A stretch of DNA of 38,444 nucleotides from NCBI GenBank assembly GCA_017547445.1, contig JAFYPR010000011.1:1-38444 (forward strand). Direction: 5' to 3'. Below, one piece after another: positions 36,488 through 38,444 of the stretch (positions are counted from its first letter, which is position 1; every line of letters starts with the position of its first letter). The DNA is from Clostridia bacterium. Lineage in GTDB: Bacteria; Bacillota; Clostridia; UMGS1883. The notes below the pieces were generated by a model that had not been told where the DNA came from, searched no databases, and worked only from the letters and a program-made list of their open reading frames with translations. The translations under genes were made by a program, and so were the position numbers.

Positions 36488-37566
36488 ATATAGATTTTTA
36501 CATAAGCAGTTTATCAGGTGGCGGTGCTGAAAATGTGCTTACAACTTTGGCAAAACAGCTTAAAAACAGCGGACACAGGATAAGCATTACATCTTTGGAG
36601 AAGAGACCTCAGTTTTATAATGTTGACGAGGGTATAGAGCTTATAAAATATGACAATAAGCATAAAGGAAAGATAAAAGAGATAATTGCCGATTTTAAAG
36701 CTATAAGAACACAGCTTAAGAAAAGAGGCGAGACTGATATTTGCGTTTCTTTCTTGTCAAGATGCAATATTCAGGTTTTACTTTGTTCTCTTTTCTTAAA
36801 GAAAAAGGTTGTTGTATGTGACAGAAATAATCCTTTGATGGAGCATTCGAAGCTGGTTTTCTGGCTCAGTAATCAGATTTACCGTTTAGCATCGGCTGTT
36901 TTTGTACAGACAGAGCAGATAAAGAGCTTTTATCCGAAATATCTGCAGAAAAAGATGTATGTTATTGAAAATACACTTGATACAGAAAAGCTTGACGGAC
37001 AATGCGAGGGAGAAATTGAACAGGAAAATACAATTATAAGCATAGGAAGGCTTGAACCGCAGAAGGATTTTAAAACATTGATTTCAGCCTTTGAAAAAAT
37101 TGCAGAAAAGTACCCTGACTGGAAGGTTAAGATTTTCGGCAAGGGTGATATGAAGGATGAATTACAGGAATTTATTGATAATAAAGGATTAGGTGAAAGA
37201 GTTCTTTTATGCGGAAGAACAGAAACGCCCTTTAAGGAACTAAAAAAATCGAAAATTTTCGTTTTATCATCCCATTATGAAGGCTTTCCCAATGTTTTAT
37301 GCGAGGGTATGTATGCGGGAATAGGCTGCATATCATCCGATTGCGTAAGCGGACCGAGTGAATTGATAAATGACGGTGAAAACGGTTTTTTATTCCCCGT
37401 TGGTGACGAAAAAGCTCTTGCCGGAAAGCTTGATTTATTGCTTTCTTCGGAAGAAATTTGTTCAATTATTGGAGAAAGAGCAAAGGAAACTGTTAAAAGG
37501 CTTGAATTGCCTGTGATTTGCGAAAAATGGTATAATTGTTTAAGGGGTGTGACAAATGAAACATAA
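36484..37566 (+). CDS. GT4 glycosyltransferase (PglH/PglJ-like, possible HexNAc transferase)
   Basis: [35 protein letters not shown]. Confidence 0.9.
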   Translation: MNIDFYISSLSGGGAENVLTTLAKQLKNSGHRISITSLEKRPQFYNVDEGIELIKYDNKHKGKIKEIIADFKAIRTQLKKRGETDICVSFLSRCNIQVLLCSLFLKKKVVVCDRNNPLMEHSKLVFWLSNQIYRLASAVFVQTEQIKSFYPKYLQKKMYVIENTLDTEKLDGQCEGEIEQENTIISIGRLEPQKDFKTLISAFEKIAEKYPDWKVKIFGKGDMKDELQEFIDNKGLGERVLLCGRTETPFKELKKSKIFVLSSHYEGFPNVLCEGMYAGIGCISSDCVSGPSELINDGENGFLFPVGDEKALAGKLDLLLSSEEICSIIGERAKETVKRLELPVICEKWYNCLRGVTNET

Positions 37567-38101
37567 AAAGCTTGTCGAACTATATGCACTTTTAATGAGT
37601 AGAAGCAATCCCAGAAAAAGGGCAGAAATTTACCGCAAAATGAATGTGTTTCATTCTATGGGTGAGCATTGTTTATTTCAACCTGTAAGCTTACCAAGTG
37701 AACCCGAGCTCGTTTCGATAGGTAATAATGTCAATATTGCAAAGGGCGTAGCCTTTGTGACACATGATGTTATTCATTCAATTTGGCATTATCAGAAGAG
37801 TGAAGATTACCCCTTTACAAAAAACAGATATTATATGGGTAAAATTGTTGTCGGTAACAACGTAATGATAGGTCAGAATGCAATTGTTATGTATAATGTA
37901 AATATCGGTAACAACGTAATCGTAGCGGCGGGTAGCGTGGTAACAAAGGATATTCCCGATGATGCAATTGTTGGCGGTAACCCTGCAAAAATAATTGGCT
38001 CAGCAAAGGATCTGGCAAATAGAAGAGCCGAATACACAGGCAATATGCCTGACAATCATGCAACCGAAAAAGAAATTGAAAAATATTTTTGGGGTGATTA
38101 A
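37556..38101 (+). CDS. Hexapeptide-repeat (LbH) O-acyltransferase
   Basis: IGNNV-type hexapeptide repeats, [17 protein letters not shown]. Confidence 0.9.
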   Translation: MKHKKLVELYALLMSRSNPRKRAEIYRKMNVFHSMGEHCLFQPVSLPSEPELVSIGNNVNIAKGVAFVTHDVIHSIWHYQKSEDYPFTKNRYYMGKIVVGNNVMIGQNAIVMYNVNIGNNVIVAAGSVVTKDIPDDAIVGGNPAKIIGSAKDLANRRAEYTGNMPDNHATEKEIEKYFWGD

Positions 38102-38102
38102 G

Positions 38103-38444
38103 TTGAAGAGAATTGTTATTTTGGGTTACGGACTTTCCGGCGGCGGTGCTGAGAGAGTTTCTGCAATTGTTGCCAATTACTTTGCCGACAAAGGATATAA
38201 GGTGCTTTTTGTAGCAGCTTATTCTAAAGAAAGAGAGTACGAGCTTAATAAAGATATTTAGTATGTCGCAATAGAAACATCTTCAACAGTAGGTTATTTA
38301 AAGCTGATTGAAAGAAGCTTTAAAATTACAAGTGTTGTAAAAAAATTTAAAGCTGATATTGTATATTCGTTTATCTATTCTGAGCTTATACCCTTATCTT
38401 TGAGCAAAATTCCTGTAATTCCCTCCCTTAGGATTGACCCTAAA
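38103..38444 (+). pseudogene. GT4 glycosyltransferase 5' part with in-frame TAG at 38259-38261; runs off the window
   Basis: TTG start after GGGGTGA; GLSGGGAERV motif. After the TAG the same frame stays open to the window end (YVAIE...KKFKADIVYSF...IPVIPSLRIDP) with GT4-like sequence. Confidence 0.75.

Noticed and set aside
770-37589. Many 60-185 aa alternative-frame or antisense ORFs (e.g. 770-1201, 7572-8129, 8452-8955, 26661-27212)
   Set aside because: All lie within confidently assigned genes and show no family motifs.
24423-38444. Phase variation by invertible promoter or slippage tract in the polysaccharide locus
   Set aside because: No inverted repeats flanking the promoter, no recombinase, and only short A/T runs expected for this composition.
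1-38444. tRNA, rRNA, CRISPR array, prophage or defence system
   Set aside because: Intergenic gaps are short and explained by promoters and terminators; no repeat-spacer pattern, cloverleaf or relevant protein families were seen.

Overview
A chromosomal segment from a low-GC Gram-positive anaerobe, most likely an uncultured-type member of the Clostridia (inferred from gene order, sigma-A promoters and strong Shine-Dalgarno sites). Part 1 (1-22.6 kb) is mostly housekeeping: engB-lon on the minus strand, divergent from an HtrA-like protease; a maf-mreB-mreC-mreD-mrdA-minC-minD-mgsA-metallophosphoesterase operon; DUF1934-argS-S41 peptidase; a PRC-barrel/small membrane protein/AI-2E block; a 4-Cys TSCPD protein; alaS-HIT; rpsU; GNAT-ung. 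Part 2 (22.6-24.4 kb) is a self-contained, strongly codon-biased two-gene unit of unknown function (IscU-like protein plus GGGtGRT protein). Part 3 (24.5 kb to the end) is the start of a surface-polysaccharide locus: rfbB, ugd, rfbG, rfbH, a YerE-like ThDP enzyme, an SDR, a UDP-glucuronate epimerase, a radical SAM/SPASM enzyme, an acyltransferase and four GT4 genes, the last interrupted by an in-frame TAG. The most notable points are catalytically degenerate MreB and MgsA in one operon, the uncharacterised IscU-like/GGGtGRT pair, a putative branched 3,6-dideoxysugar pathway with a radical SAM enzyme, an unlisted 56-aa gene, and a multi-hairpin element at the left edge. No tRNA, rRNA, CRISPR array or transposase was seen. 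All family calls come from motif recognition by eye; no searches were run.
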